A DNA stretch of 64,000 nt from Octopus sinensis (taxonomy: Eukaryota), in NCBI RefSeq assembly GCF_006345805.1, contig NC_043009.1:56110001-56174000 (forward strand). Direction: 5' to 3'. Below, in pieces: positions 24,699 to 39,466 of this stretch (its first letter is position 1; every line of letters starts with the position of its first letter). The notes beneath the pieces are model-generated. The model ran no database searches, had not been told where the DNA came from, and saw only the letters and a program-made list of their open reading frames with translations. Both the position numbers and the translations under genes were made by a program.

Positions 24699-27301
24699 TT
24701 GAATAAGTTTTCTTATAAAGCTAAAAGTAATGTCTGTTGGAGCTTACCATTGAATTTAACTAGAAACTTCTATGAATGGATGTTTGCATAAAGTCACTTG
24801 TTTTTCATATTGATTAACAATGATACAATGTACAAAAATAGCACCAACTGTTGAAATTTAGTCAAACGTGTGTGTGTGTGCATGTGTGCATGCACACGCA
24901 TGCGTAACCCCCACCTACACACATAAATACAATCACATCCTTTAACAAAGATATGTTAGGTTGCACACACATATTAATATAGGATACTGACATCCTCACT
25001 CCCTTTCCCGAATGAATTTCCTCCACTTATCCACATTTTTTCAGAGAAAAAAAAACAACAAAACAACTTCACAAAGTGCAATAATTGGTACTGGTTTTGA
25101 TCCTCCCATAAGAAAAGAACAGTTCTATGTCTTTGAATCATGCTAAAGAAGAGAGGGAGTGAGAGAGAGAGAGTTATTTTTTAAAAAATTTTAAAAAAAC
25201 TTAAATATTAAAATTTTTTTTTTTAATTGACTCTCAGTGTTTTGAAACATTGAGATATTATTTTAAACAAATATATAAACTATATATTTTGTTTTGTAGA
25301 ATGATACATTAAGGAACTTTTTTTATGAGTACCAGTGGGTTAGTTGGATCCATATATTGTGACTTAGATTTACAAGATATCATTTTATTTCGGCACTCTG
25401 ATGAGAAAAGTAGCATATTCCATTTAATTTTATTCATTTACTGATTTCACTTGTTGAACTATGGCTCTGCTGGTCACCTCTATCAATTGTAATGTAGGCA
25501 TGGTATTTGATAGATTAGCAAGTTTGAGGCTGCTGTCATCATCTGCACTTTCTGTAGTGATAGAATCTTATCTGTGATTTTATTATACACCATAATGCCC
25601 ATGTGTTGACTGAATATGTTGACATACGTTTCACACAAATCTTTTAGAGCTTTAAGAAGGATACTGAAAAGCTGTGGTTCTCTGAAACCTAAATTATTGC
25701 CATCCTTTCGGGGTTAATAAAATAAGTACCAGTTGAGAACTGGGGTTGATGTAATTGATATATCCCATGCCTTGAAATTGCAGGCATTGCACTAAAATTT
25801 AAAATCAATGAATAATAGGTAATGGTGCCATGTAAAATGCACGAGTGCCACATAAGAGCACCCATGTCAGTGCTGCATAGAAGCACCCAGTACACTCTGT
25901 AACGTGGTTGGTTAGAAAGGACATCTAGCCATAGAAACCATGCCAAAACTGATATGGAAACTGGGTAGATCTCCAGCTGACCGGCTCCTATCAAACCATC
26001 CAACCAATGCCAGTATGGAAAACAGACATTAAATTATGATGATGAAATTAAAAGATGAGAACAATCAAATAAAAAATTGGAAGCACATTGCGACCAGTAA
26101 AATATAACAGTGATAGTTAAATTAAAACACTCATTCTAATTTTATGTAAGAAATTTTTGTTAATTCATATTCAAAACACTACTTGAATATATCAATGAAT
26201 TTGAAAGTCATTTATTTTATTGAATTCCATAAAATTTTTGATCTTTTCAAAATCATTTTGAAACATGTATAGACAGCACATTTCATTAGAACTAGTCATA
26301 AATGTTTAGCAAATTCATTCTCTTCCTCAAGTAATCCAACTGATCCATAGAAGCAATCATGCTTGTGTAGGACCTTTGGATTACTTCCAAAATACAAAAA
26401 AGAAAATTTCTTTTTTTCTCCCAATAGTTAGTAGCATATTCCAGCAAGCTGAGACATATCAGAACTATTAAAGTATTTCAATCTAAGAGAAATTGATGTC
26501 AAAGTGCTAAAAATAAACAAATCTAACAAGAAATCAGCACACAGTCCTTTCAATAAGAGTGTCAATTGAGAATAGTTAGCAAAGTGGAAAATAACATGCC
26601 TTTGTTCTATACAGTTAAGGAGGGCCGTTTCAATTAAAATGTTAAGAAGACAAACTGAAACCATAAACAAGCTATATGTGTATGTAACTTAAGTAAGGTA
26701 TTTTAGTGTTTAGGCTGAGCAAGTAAAATCTGAAAAGAATGGTACAGATATCAGGTTCACATTTGCTGAAATATAGAAATGACATTCAGAGAAAAATATC
26801 TTTCAGATAACCAATCACTTGGGAACAATTATTCCAAAAGCTACCACACTCACAGACACATCCATTGCCTTATCTTCAGCTACAGATCAACTTTCTGATA
26901 TACCCAAGTCAAGGACTCTATACAAGAACTGATACCTTTATATATACACACACACACACACTCCATATATGTATGTGCATGTGGTAGTTTTCACAAAGAT
27001 TCACATACTTATCACACACAAACATGAAAGGCAGCAAAAGATATGATTGTTCTGTAAAAGTAATTACAATAAGAGTTAGATTATTTTGATTAGAATTTCC
27101 TAAAGTTTTTTTTTCATTTTCAATAAATATACAAGTAATAATTTATCAAAAAACTATATTTGTTAAATATAATTTTTACTGAGTTTGCTTTGCAATCACA
27201 CAGTTTTGAGTTCAGTCCCACTGCGCAATACCTTGGGCAAGTGCCTTCTACTTTAAGTACTGGGCTAACCAATGTGTTATGAACCAGTCTGTGAGATAGA
27301 A

Positions 27302-27342
<41 letters not shown>

Positions 27343-28597
27343 ATCTTTGTGTTGGACTGTCAACCATATGACAACTCGTGTAGATTTCTTAACATACCTC
27401 AGTCACTTAGCAATTCAGCAAAAAGAAACTAATAAAATAAATAGCAGACTCAAAAATAAGTACTGATTCGTTGATTTGTTCAACAAAATCTTGGGGTTGT
27501 CCCAGCAAGGCTGTAGTCTTCTGACTGAGACAAGTAATGGCATTAAAGAATAACAGGCTGACTGTGTTTGTCAGTAGCCAGTTTGCCAACTAGACAACAC
27601 AGAAGTGGTCAGAGGATAATATTACAGTAATGTGACGATTTCACAAGAAATCTACTCAGTGAGTTGAGCAGCAAGGATCATCAGTAATAACAGGAACAAG
27701 TGAGGATAAATGTTCTTTGAAGTAATTTTGTTTAATTGCACTTACAGATGTTGATTAGTAAGGATATTAAGAGAGAGAGACAGAGAGAGAAAGAAAGAGA
27801 GAGATGTTAGTTTGACAAAGACATATTCACAGTATTTCAGTAGTGATATGTGATGGAGCTTCTAAAGAAGGTTGGACGCTAAGAAAAAGAGAAAGAATTT
27901 CTCTTGTCTTTGGGAAGTAGTCCAAAGCTAAATTACCTCCATAGACCAGATGGACTACTGGGGAAGAGGTTGACATCTTTTAAATCTTTTGTGAGTATAT
28001 TTATTTTTAGAATATCTGAAATAAGCAGGATTAAGTAATCAATTTAATATCCCTCAATCAAATATTAAGAGTAGCATTCATGAATGGATCATCAATTCAC
28101 CAACACCCATCACTGGAGTACTGTTATTATCATCATTATCATTGTCTAACATCATCTTTTCCATGCTTGCATGGATCAGAGAGAATTTTTTGAGGAAAAG
28201 TTTTCAATTGCTAGAAGTCTTCCCTGTCACCAAAACTTAACTCTTTCCAAGCAAGGTAATACTTTGCCATGGTCAGACATGTTTCTCACAGACAACTGGA
28301 AACAAACAACATCGCTTATATGACGATGATGCTCATTTACAATCATCATATGACATCAAGACAAGGATGTACACACTCACACACATATATATATACAAAA
28401 AATGGAGGTTAAGTTCAAGGGTGATCTAAACGATTAGGTACTCTAGGTAAGTGCTGTAACAGATTACTAGGGCCCCAAGGTTATGGCCAAGACGGTAGTT
28501 ATGGAGTCATTGTAAGACTGAATTTTTTCCCAATAATAATAATGCATATGACTTGAGATGTTTGCCTTGCCTTAACGTTTGTTTATGTCTTTAACAA

Positions 28598-28664
<67 letters not shown>

Positions 28665-29409
28665 GATAAATGACTTCTTTCAGTTTCTGTCTACCAAATC
28701 TACGGACAAGTACCAGCTAAGTACCAGGAGTGATGCAATCGGCAAGCCCCCTCCCTCGACCCCCACCCCAAATTTCAAGCTTTGTGCCGAAAGTAGAAAG
28801 GATTATATGAAGTTAAGAGTTTTGTTAATACTCTTCCAATAGTAAATTTTACAAGCAGTGATTGCTATGCACTTCTAACATGTATAGAAAAAAAAAATAT
28901 TTAAAAAACTGCCCTATCTTCTATATTTGTCTGTGTACGTGGGAGAAGTTAAAGTATAACCAGTGAAATCAATGTAACCAACACCAGTATGGAAGAATAG
29001 ACATTATAACAGCTATAATGTTCTCAATGAAAATCTCCCTTGACAAAAGAAGTACGATAATATTTCAGATCTGAGATGCAAGGTCAAATCTAAGACAGAA
29101 TTTTTCTTTTCAGTTTTTCATTTTTTTTTTTCTTTTTAATATTTTATACAATATAAAGAGCTTTTAAAGAATTCTATTTCTTAACATATTCCATTTGTAA
29201 GAGGATACGAAGAAAACTATTCAGTAAGACTCAAGGGAATATCAATCAAAAGACTAGCGTAATTTCAATCCTACTGAAAGATAAATGAAATATTTAACCA
29301 AACAGGGATTGAACTCTGACAAACCAGTTTGCCTCCCCCAATACCATTTCTCTTGTCTTATCGAGTCAGACATTAAAATAAGAATATCTAGTGTCATAGC
29401 TATATATAT

Positions 29410-29810
29410 CTTTTATCTTTTACTTGTTTCAGTCATTAGACTGCAGCCATGCTGGGGCACTGCCTTGAGGAATTTTTTTTAGTCAAATGAATCGACACCA
29501 GTACTTTTTGAAGCCTGATACTTATTCTATTAGTCACTTTTGCCAAACCACTAAGTTACAGTGATGTAAACAAACCAACACTGGTTGTCAAGTGGTGATG
29601 GGAAACAAACAGAGGGGCAAAGACACACATAGATTTATATAGATATCTATAACCAACAGGAATCTTTCAGTTTCCATCTACCAAACCCCCACACAAGGCT
29701 TTGGCTGGTCAAAGGCTATATTAACGGACAGTTGTCCAAGACGCCAGACAGTGGAACTGGAACCATGTGGCTGGGAAGTAAATTTCTTACCACATAGCCA
29801 TGCTGCGCCT
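29410..29810 (-). mobile_element. Older CORE-like SINE copy
   Basis: Same head and tail as 24271-24698, with many substitutions. Confidence 0.8.
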
Positions 29811-30269
29811 ATATAAATGTTTCTATTTAAATTGAAATGTCATCATAACTCCCATTAACAGTTGGTGAGCACCAACACAATATACCAATATATAAAGTTA
29901 CAGATGTTTTACTAAATCACACCAAAGTGTTGCTAATATCGAAAATTAATTGAAATCCATAAGCCAGTAGTCCATCTCTTAAGAAATAATCATAAAAGGG
30001 TTAAGATGAACGATATTTTTAAAAAAATAAAAGTAATAGGATAGTTACATAAGAAGTGAGTCAACATCACCACATCACTATCTAAAGTAAAATGTATTTC
30101 AAAATCAAGACACTTCAAATTTCACAACACCAACAAAGCCAGAATCATACATTTTTACTCATTACACCACTTTATTTAATTAAGGACTTAGTTTATATAG
30201 TACTTAGTTTTAATCTTAGTAGTTCCCCCCCTTTCCCTATCTAGCATCTGACAACCAGAAATCTCCATT

Positions 30270-30990
30270 CATCATAGTTGCAAGCCATGTTGCCAGGCTA
30301 GGCCCATGCCTGCTAGGTCCTCCTCCACATCTATCTTGCCACCTGCAACCCCTCTTTGACTCCTACTTGAGAAAGCCTTTCACTAGTCTCAATATGGACA
30401 TGTGTAACACATGACCAAGAATCTTCTGCCATCTCACAACAATGGTTTCCCATGAGGTACTAAATCCAGCTCCTTTTCATGACATTTTCATTCACAATGT
30501 GATCCAGCCAATAAATTCTTGGAACAATTTTAAGGCAATGCCTGTGGAAGACAGATTCTACTGATGGATGTATACAGAGATCGTGTTTTAGTTGACGGAG
30601 GAATTGGACCATGTAGGCCTTATTATCATACATATTAGACAGACAATGTCAAAAGACAACAGCACGAACAAAATGGAAGGCAGCAAATGGTGCTTCAAAG
30701 TTGATGTTAATTACGAGGATAGGTAAGGAGGACTTGGAATATAAAACTTGTTTCTGATACATGGTAATGTGAGAAAAGAATACAGAGAAAGCAAAAAAAA
30801 AGACCAGGTGCAAAATAGAAAAAATAAAAAATAAACAAGTGTGCAAATCATCTTGGTGACTAGAAAAAGAATGCAAAATATTTAATGAGTTATTCTGAGA
30901 GCAAAAATCAACAGAACAAGAGCACACAGAGAGCGCAAACCTCTGCCAACGCAACACCAATGTCCTCTCAAGAATTAATCAGAGATGATT
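30270..30990 (-). mobile_element. Decayed RTE LINE 3' ORF fragment
   Basis: Minus-strand translation includes GGKIDVEEDLAGMGLAWQ and other RTE C-terminal-like segments, interrupted by stops. Confidence 0.55.
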
Positions 30991-31689
30991 TTTAAAATGA
31001 GAGTATCTAAAATAAAATCCTTTAATGATCGTTCAGCCGATCAATGTTTCAGCCGTAGAAACACTGCCAGATTTGACTGGGCCTGATGAAACCTTCTGGC
31101 TTCACAGACCCCAGTAGAACCGTCCAACCCATGCTAGCATGGAAAACGGACGCTAAACGACGATGATGAATGAATATCATGAGACCTTTTGGCTTTCTCT
31201 TAAATTCCAGTCCTCCTTTAGTAATCCTGTTGTTTTAGATCAATGTATAGAATTATGTATATATGTAAGTAAACTGTAAAGTGTTAAAATATATGTATAA
31301 TCTCCTTAATATAATAATGAGTGTTGTCTTTTTATACATTTATGTGTATATATACATATATAAAATAGAGCCAGAGTGAGAGGTGAAGATAGAGGAGATA
31401 AATGGCAAAGAGAGCGTTGTATGAATGAGAAAGGAAGGGGTGATAGATGAATAATGAAGGAAGAAGTGAAAAAGCCGATAAACCACATTTGAAGTATGGG
31501 TATATGTGTATATATGTGTATGTGTAGAAGAGAGGCATGTTTGCATGCGTGTGCGTGTGTATGTGTACAATGGAAATGGGATGGTAATGTTCAACGCTGA
31601 AAATGTGTGAGTTTATGTGTGTATTTGTGTGCGTATACAAGAGAACTATATGAAATTTTACATAAACATGTAAAGTAAAGAAAATATAA

Positions 31690-31884
31690 AAAAGTAATCC
31701 AGAATCCTTGTCTGGTACTGGGTCGATCCCAAAATCTAATCAGTTCGTGCCAGTCACAAGACCAAACATCCACGAAAGTTTCATCCGAATCTATCCAGCA
31801 GTTCTTGGAATATCTTGTCTACAGACAAACAAACCAACACAACTGAAAACAATACCTCTGCCTTTGCTAAGATGGAGGTAATAA
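31690..31884 (+). mobile_element. Short Helentron-like element
   Basis: acagacaaacaaaccaac..gaaaacaatacctctgcc-tttgctaa-gatggaggtaataa terminal hairpin (31853-31880). Confidence 0.5.
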
Positions 31885-32221
31885 GTACCAAGGTACCTTT
31901 ACATGTAAGAAGGATTGTTGTAAAGTAGCATTTGTTTGTTGCTAGGTAACATCAATCAGTTTAGTTAAATTTAATGATTATTTAATGAAAGGTGAACTGG
32001 ATTTAACTAGTTTATTGCGATCTGGTTCAGTTGTCTTATTTCATTTATAAACCTCTGAGAAGTTTTCACACTCTTGATCATATTTGAACCTTAAATGGCT
32101 CACTAATCAATCAAGAGAGACACAAGTTCTCAAAGGTTAATAAATAAAATAAGACTACATCACCATAAACTAGTTTGCTGCATTCAGTCTACCTTTTAAA
32201 TATATCATAAATTAAAGTTAA

Positions 32222-32418
32222 CCTCTTAGCATTTAAACCAGCTATATATAGCCCAAATGTTCATTTGTTTTATGTTCAAACTGGCCAGATGCAGCCTCCC
32301 ACATCGACTCTACAGTTACATCATTGAAATCTCACAGCTACAAGATAATGCACAATTAATTCAAAACAATGAATAAATCAACATTAAATCTGACAGAGTA
32401 ATTTGAATGCTAAGGGGT
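32222..32418. mobile_element. piggyBac-like MITE, family A (diverged)
   Basis: ttaa|cctcttagcat ... atgctaagggg|ttac, with interior similar to 12368-12543. Confidence 0.7.
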
Positions 32419-33829
32419 TACACAACTGTTGATTGATATAACCTTGTACCTAACAATAGCAACAATACTTTCAACATGTAAGACACATATTCTAATTATG
32501 TTCCTTTGGATTTGAGGGAATAAAAAAGGAAAAGGAAAATAGATTAAACAAAGCAGCAATTGTAATGCTTACAATATTGATTATCAAATTTTATTTTAAA
32601 GACAAATGAACTACATTAGTTCCATAGTAACAAGCTAAAAATAAACAACAATAGCTTACTTATTGAATGACAAAGGAGAGGCCAATTATTGAAACTGCAG
32701 AAAAAGAGAGATATTACAATTGACATCTCAGCAGATGAGGAAATTCATGTTCAGCTTCCTTTGGAGTGGTATACAGAGGGAATAAAATGTTATAATGTTC
32801 CTGCTTTCCTTAAACATAAGGAAAAATAAAATGGTGTGAACTGAAGAACTTAAACAAGGTCACACTTGATTGAGTGAGAAAGATAGACAGACAGAGCTTG
32901 TTAGCATTATAATACAGACAGAACTTGCTACCAGTATAATGAATATCTACAAGTCAGCAGCCAAAACACTGTGGCTGTATTATCTTCTTAGATAAGAAAT
33001 ATTTACCTTCATTTATCAATTAATGAGTGAACATTATCTCCTCAGATAAGATATGTTACCTGCCTTAACAAACTCACCATTCATAAGTGTACACCATTTC
33101 CTTGGACAAAGCATATTATTTGACTTAATGAATGTACAATTATAACACCAGTGTGCAAAATTCAAATTTACAGAACCACCCAAACCGTGAAAAAGTGAAA
33201 CGAGATGAAGTGGGACGTGATGTTTAGATAAGATACATTTTGAGAAAGGAATCTACTCTGACCAGTTAATCTGATGGTGAGAGAGAGAACAACAAACAAT
33301 GAATAATGTGTGAGTTAGATGATAGAGTTCTGTGGCAGAGCTCTGGCCCACAGCAAAACTAATAACATAAGTGTCATAATATATTAAAGTATAACTAATT
33401 ACATTGGTAATTCACTATGTAAGTTATTTTAAAGCTCTAGACTAACTGCTCCAATAACACAGGCTAATCAAAATAATAACAGTAGGAATCAGGTTTAAGT
33501 TGATCATGAAATATGCCACTGTTCATTAGAATATAAGCATCTGAGTGCAATGTTTGTTTACTGTTCTTTTCCTTTAAAAACAGGAAAAATAAAATTACTG
33601 CTCCAAATCAAATGTGAAAATGTTAAAAGGAATGTAAATACATAGTTAATGTTAAATACTGGTTTAACCAGTACAAAATAAATTGATAAAATCTACATAT
33701 GTCAAACTATACCTACATGCCCACAGTGTGTAGACATCCTTGGCTAGCAATGCAAATTATCTTACTTGCTACTGCACTTCTAAATAGATATAATTTTTTT
33801 TTTATGTCATTCAATAAAAAATCCCACAC

Positions 33830-34530
33830 CAAGCAATCATATTTGCTCTTGATCTGTAGACATTGACAATGAAGTCAACACATGTAATGTCAGGAGAAGC
33901 TCAGCATTCTACTGACCACCAAGTTGAAGGTGTACCAAACAGTTGTACTGCCTATGCTATTGTACACCTGCAAGACTTGGTTGGTTTACAAATGCCATGA
34001 CAAAATGCTAAACCGCTTCCACATGAACTGCCTGAGAAAGCTGTTGAAAATCACCAAGCAAGACAAGGAGGTCATCTCTTGAGCTAGTTTGCCAAGCACT
34101 TACACACTGCTGAGGAGAATACAAGTCAAGTGAGCAGGCCACCTTGTTCAAAAGCCTGACATGTGACTTCTCAAGGACTGTTGTACAGTGAACTGATGGA
34201 TGGTAAACACATGCAAGGTGGACAGAAAAAGTGCTTCAAGAATACACTCAAAGCCTCACTGAAGGGCTTTGAGATCAACCTCAACACCCAAGAAATGCAA
34301 GCACAAGACTGCTCTGCTTGGCAATACTGCACCAACAGAGGTGCCACTAGAGGCACAAACAAAACGCAAACTGCACAAATCCAGAACCAATTCCGCACCT
34401 TCAGTCCCAGCAGACCACCAGTGCCCAACCTGAAGCAGAGACTTCCAAGCATGCCTTGGACTGATCAGACACATCGTGCCGTCTTCTTTTTCTATGTGAT
34501 GTCTTTGGTCGTCATCACGACAGCCAAACT
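33830..34530 (+). mobile_element. Decayed RTE (BovB/AviRTE-like) LINE C-terminal fragment
   Basis: FHMNCLRKLLKITKQDK and LLYSELMDGKHMQGGQKKCFKNTLKASLKGFEI resemble RTE LLYGELxxGKRxxGGQKKRFKDTLK. Confidence 0.85.
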
Positions 34531-34884
34531 GATGATGCTGCCTAAGGCAGGTAGGTGTGTGTGTGTGTGTGCACGCGTGTGGTATGTCCAAATGGTTGAG
34601 TTTGCATCGTAATTACAAGGCCTGGATTTGATGCCACTAAATGGCACTTTGGAGAGGTGTCATTTTCTATAGCCTCAAACCAACCAATATTTTGTGAGTG
34701 AAATCAGGCAGGCTATGTAGAAGTGTGCCTGATGGATTGTACCTTGTACCAGTTATTTAAAAGTCCAACTTGCTGATTCTACTTGAGAATTACATTAAGC
34801 AAATTGGTGTCTGTGGAATACTCAGCCACTTGCACACTAATTCAATAAGCTTGATAGTTCAGTGAATCGAACAATTGAAAACTC

Positions 34885-35365
34885 ATTCTTTTAGTCTTTT
34901 GTTTCTTTCAGTCATTTGACAGGGGCACCACCTTGAAAAATTTTTAGTCAAGTGAATCGGCTTCAGTACTTACTTTTTTTAAGCCTGGTACTTATTCTGT
35001 CAGTCTCTTTTGCCAAACCACTATGTTATGGAGACACAAACACATCAATACTAGTTGTCAAGCAGTGGTGAGGGACAAACACACACACACACACACAAAT
35101 GTATTATTTACAGAATTTTCACTCATCACCATTTCTTCATTTAATGCAGAATATGCATGTGTGTGTTTGTGTGTATGTGTGTCTATGCATGTATGTATGT
35201 ATATACGATGGACTTCTTTTGGTTTCTGTCTACCAAATCCACTCAAAAGGCTTGGGTTGCCCCAAGGCTATAGTAGAAGATACTTATCTGAGGTGCCCCA
35301 CAGTAGGATTAAGCCCAGAACCATGTGGCTGGGAAGAAAGCTTCTTACCACACAGCCACACCTAT
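34885..35365 (-). mobile_element. Older CORE-like SINE copy
   Basis: Tail ttgtttctttcagtcatttgac and head ccatgtggctgggaagaaagcttcttaccacacagccac. Confidence 0.8.
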
Positions 35366-38300
35366 GAAAAAATCACAACAATATACCCTTAAATAAAACC
35401 CAAATATGTAATTCAGTCACCTCTGTTCTATGAGTGTAAACAGAGACACTTAAACTTATATCATGAGGAAAATAACACACGGTACCCTCATGGAAGGTGG
35501 TACTGTATAGTATGGATGCAGTCCAATGACTGAAACAAGTAAAAAGAAAAAGAAAGAATATGCAGCATTTGGGCTGAGGTATTTACGCAATAATTTGTGC
35601 CTTCCTTTATGAATATATAAAAACATAAAATAATTAATTGCCAAATTAAAATACTTCAGAAAAAAAAATATATATATGCCAAAACTGCCTTAGCGTGACT
35701 AAAAATATAAGAATTCAAACCTTACAAATATTCAATATTTTAACCTAGAATTGATTATTTCCTTTGATTTTATTACCATTAAATAAAATTAATTTTCTTT
35801 ATTTTTCTTTCTTTATTTGTGTATAATATCAAATTTGTGTTAGAAAGTTAAGTTATAAAAACCATAGTTGATCATGTGAATTACAACACCCAACTTACAA
35901 ATTCCTGCCATATCCAGTTGCCATAATAACTGACAGCAATGATGTATGTGACATATTTACTGGCAAGGTATCCTTTTAAAACCAAATGATTTATTGTTAT
36001 TTACACAAGAATTTCTTTGTTTTTGTTGTTTTTTACAGTTAAATACAACGGGACTTCCATCGACTCAGTTTAAAGTGAACGATGGCATGTTCAATTTCAA
36101 CTTCATAATGTTGAAATAAAAAAATCCCAAATTCAACACTATTCTGTACCGTTTTTTTACAGAATACATAAGCACAGGCATGACTATAGATGCTAGCATG
36201 GGTGTATGACTAAGAAGTTCATTTCCTAACCACCTGATTTCAAGTTCAATCCCACTGTCTGATGCCTTGGGCAAAGTATTTTCTACTATAACTGTGGATT
36301 GAGCCATGTAAATAGATTTAGTAGATGAAAACTGATATATATGTGTGTGTGTGTGTGTGTATATACACACATACATGTATACAAAGCACCTATGCCAGTG
36401 CTGTGTAAAAGCACCCAGTACACTCTGTAAAGAGGTTGGTATTTGGAAGGGAACCAGCTATAGAAACCATGTCAAAACAGACATGGAGCCAGGGCAGCCC
36501 TGACAAACCATCCAACCCATGCCAGCATGGAAAACGGACATATGATGATGACACATGTATATTTGTGTATATATAAGTGTTTGCGTCTGTTTGGTCATGA
36601 CACTGTGCAACAGTTGTAAACATCAGACAAGTAGTGTCCTTTGTTTCCAATCTTCTGTGAAAGCATGTCAAGCCACGAAAGTTTTTTTTACCTTACTTCA
36701 AAATAGTTGAAGGTTGGCAACAAGAAAAGCATCCAGTCACAGAAAACTGGCCTCAGAGAATTCTATCCGACCCAAGCAAGCATGGAAAAGTGAATGCTAA
36801 AATGATGATGATAATGATGATGAAATTTCTCAATTTCCGTTCATAGCTTTTCATAACACTACCCGACCAACAAACTTACCAAAATCTTAATCAAAATAAT
36901 TTGTAAAGCAACTACTCTCTCTCTCTCTCTCAGGCAAAACTGTTAAGTACTGGCATTTCTTGAATCAGGGAATTCGCTTCATCATCATTGTAATCTTTTA
37001 AAATTTGATTTTCACAGCATGGATTGAACAGTTTGACAGAATTTGACAAGCCACAGAACTGTCAAGCTTCAATCTCAATTTTGTCATCGTCTCTATAGCT
37101 GGAAGCCTTTCCTAATGACCACCACTATACAGTGTGTACTGGATGCTTTTTTCATGCAATTGATACTGATGAGGTGGTTACAAAAGTTATGTTGCAATAC
37201 TGATATAAGTGTTTGGTTTATCAGAATGATCCAAATAACCAGAAAAGCAAAATATAAGTTGTAAATAATCTGACATAGAAGGAAAAAAAGCTCCATCAAA
37301 ACCTACTTGTAATTTACAGAATTCATGATTGTGACTAGAGAGAGAAAAAAACGAAAAGGACCAATAGTAATTGGTAGATTTAGGTTAGAATTCCCTCATA
37401 TTCAAAACTCATTCATTTAATGATATTGTTTTTATAAGAGCTGCACCTTACTGACAGACTTTCAACAGATGTATGACTTATAAACCAATATCAGCCTGGT
37501 ACTTCATGTTTTATATCAGTGTTTCACAGACTGTGTTAACATTGTAATGTACTAAATATGAAATTACTAAATGACTAAATAAATATACCAACAGGATTTA
37601 CAACACAAGGGAGTTTTCTTTTCCATTTTACTTTTTTGTCAGAACTTACAAAATGGTGCAAAACTACTGACCCACAAAGTTAAAATCCGCTCCTCCTCAT
37701 TCTCGGGAGGTCACCCACTAAGTCTGATATTATTATTTTGATGTAATTGATAAACTTAATGTTTCACTTTGATAAAATTATATTCTCAACCTAAAAAAAA
37801 TAATAATAATAAAAAATAAAAGGATAATATTTCTGAAATTTTTCTTATTATAAAATTACATTTGACCAGAACAAGTTTCACCTAATAGCTATTCAACTAG
37901 AAAAAAAAAATGATTCCATTAAAAAAAGAATCATCATCATCATCATCATTCACTTTCCATGGTCTGGCAGGTTCCAATAGGTTCAAGGACTGCATTATGC
38001 TCTAATGTCAGTTTTGGCATAGTTTCTACAACTATATGCCCTTCCTAATGCCAACCACTGTACAGTGAGCATGGGTATCTTTTTTTTAATGGTAGCTGCA
38101 CTAGGATGGTCACCATACAGCTTGCCTGATTAAGATCCCCTTTAAATGAATAGGGCCACAATAGAGATGAAGAGGGGTAGCTTTATGCTAGGAAAAAATA
38201 ATAGTGGTTTCAAATTTTGCCCCAAGGCCAGCAATTTCGAAGGTGTGGGGGTAAGTCAAATACATTGACCCTAGTGTTCAACTGGTGCTTGTTTTATTGA

Positions 38301-39235
38301 CCAAGGAAGGATGAACGCAAAGTCCACCTCAGCATAATTTGAACTCAGAATGTAAAGATAAATAAAATGCCACTAAACATTTTGCACAGCATGCTAAGAA
38401 TTCTGCAAACTTGCCACCTTTAGGAAATAAGTAATATTAAGGTATTACTTATCTACTAGCATAAAGCAAAGATATAAGTAATACCTTAATAGATAGCAAT
38501 TTACAGCTGTGAAGAGAAAGAATGTATTTTACTATTTTAGAGTAAATATACAATGCGAAACTATATTTAGAGGACCTTCAAGAAGTTATTTAATCATGTA
38601 TAATGTGATAAATTTGATACAGAATGTTGGGGGTCATAAATGGGGATAGCACTATATTCAACTGTTAAAAAGAGGATAAAATCAACATCATTTTAACATC
38701 TGCATTTCCATGATCGCGTGGGTCAGACAGACCCATGTGTTAAGGTAGGTTTTCTACAGCCCAGTGCTCTTCCTGTCACCAAGTAAAGTGGTATTTCTCC
38801 ATGGCCAGATATGTTTTTCTCAGAAGATTGGAAAGAAAGGACACTGCTTGCAATACGGTGACACCTGTCTACATTTATCATGTGATATCGATATCAAGGC
38901 AAGGAGACAGTAACATACACAGACACATATACAACAGGCTGAGGTTATAATAGAAGACATTGCTCAAGGTGCCCTGCAGTGGGACTGAATCTAGAATCAT
39001 GTGGTTGGAAAGCAAACTTCTCAACACACAGCCATGCCTGCACATATTACAAATTTTTAGGTTTAAAAAGTGTTTATGTGGTGGTCACATTATATTTCTT
39101 TTAAAAAATCAAAGGAGCAATGATTGATGTGGAACAAAATCATTGTCATTTTTAAGTCCATTTCTTCGATGATGACAAGTTGGATAGTTTCCCCTCATTC
39201 TTTGTGGCACATGCCCTTTAGTAAAACAAAGCAGT

Positions 39236-39466
39236 AGAGAGAAGCTGGCAGAAACGTTAGCACTCCGGGCGAAATGCTTAGCGGTTATATCATGTCTTTA
39301 CGTTCTGAGTTCAAATTCCGCCGACGTCAACTTTGCCTTTCATCCTTTCGGGGTCGATAAATTAAGTACCAGTTACGCACTGGGGTCGATGTAATCGACT
39401 TAATCCCTTTGTCTGTCCTTGTTTGTGCCCTCTATGTTTAGTCCGTTGTGGGCAATAAAGAAATAA
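39236..39466 (+). mobile_element. Young Deu/Nin-domain-like SINE
   Basis: agctggcagaaacgttagcac..gttctgagttcaaattccgcc..ctttcatcctttcggggtcgataaattaagtaccag..ggcaataaagaaataag; CpGs retained. Confidence 0.85.

Noticed and set aside
24748-24750. Alternative ATG|GT first-exon candidates (also 33078-33080, ~18728 and ~19779)
   Set aside because: They lie in CpG-depleted sequence with no promoter motifs; the 53067 site fits much better.
27831-28015. Two minus-strand exon-like segments with good splice sites
   Set aside because: They need a 58-nt intron and cannot be joined in phase to the next candidate. This shows how easily chance exons appear here.
37643-37740. Strong plus-strand acceptor with short open frames (a similar case at 62577)
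   Set aside because: No convincing donor or partner exons.
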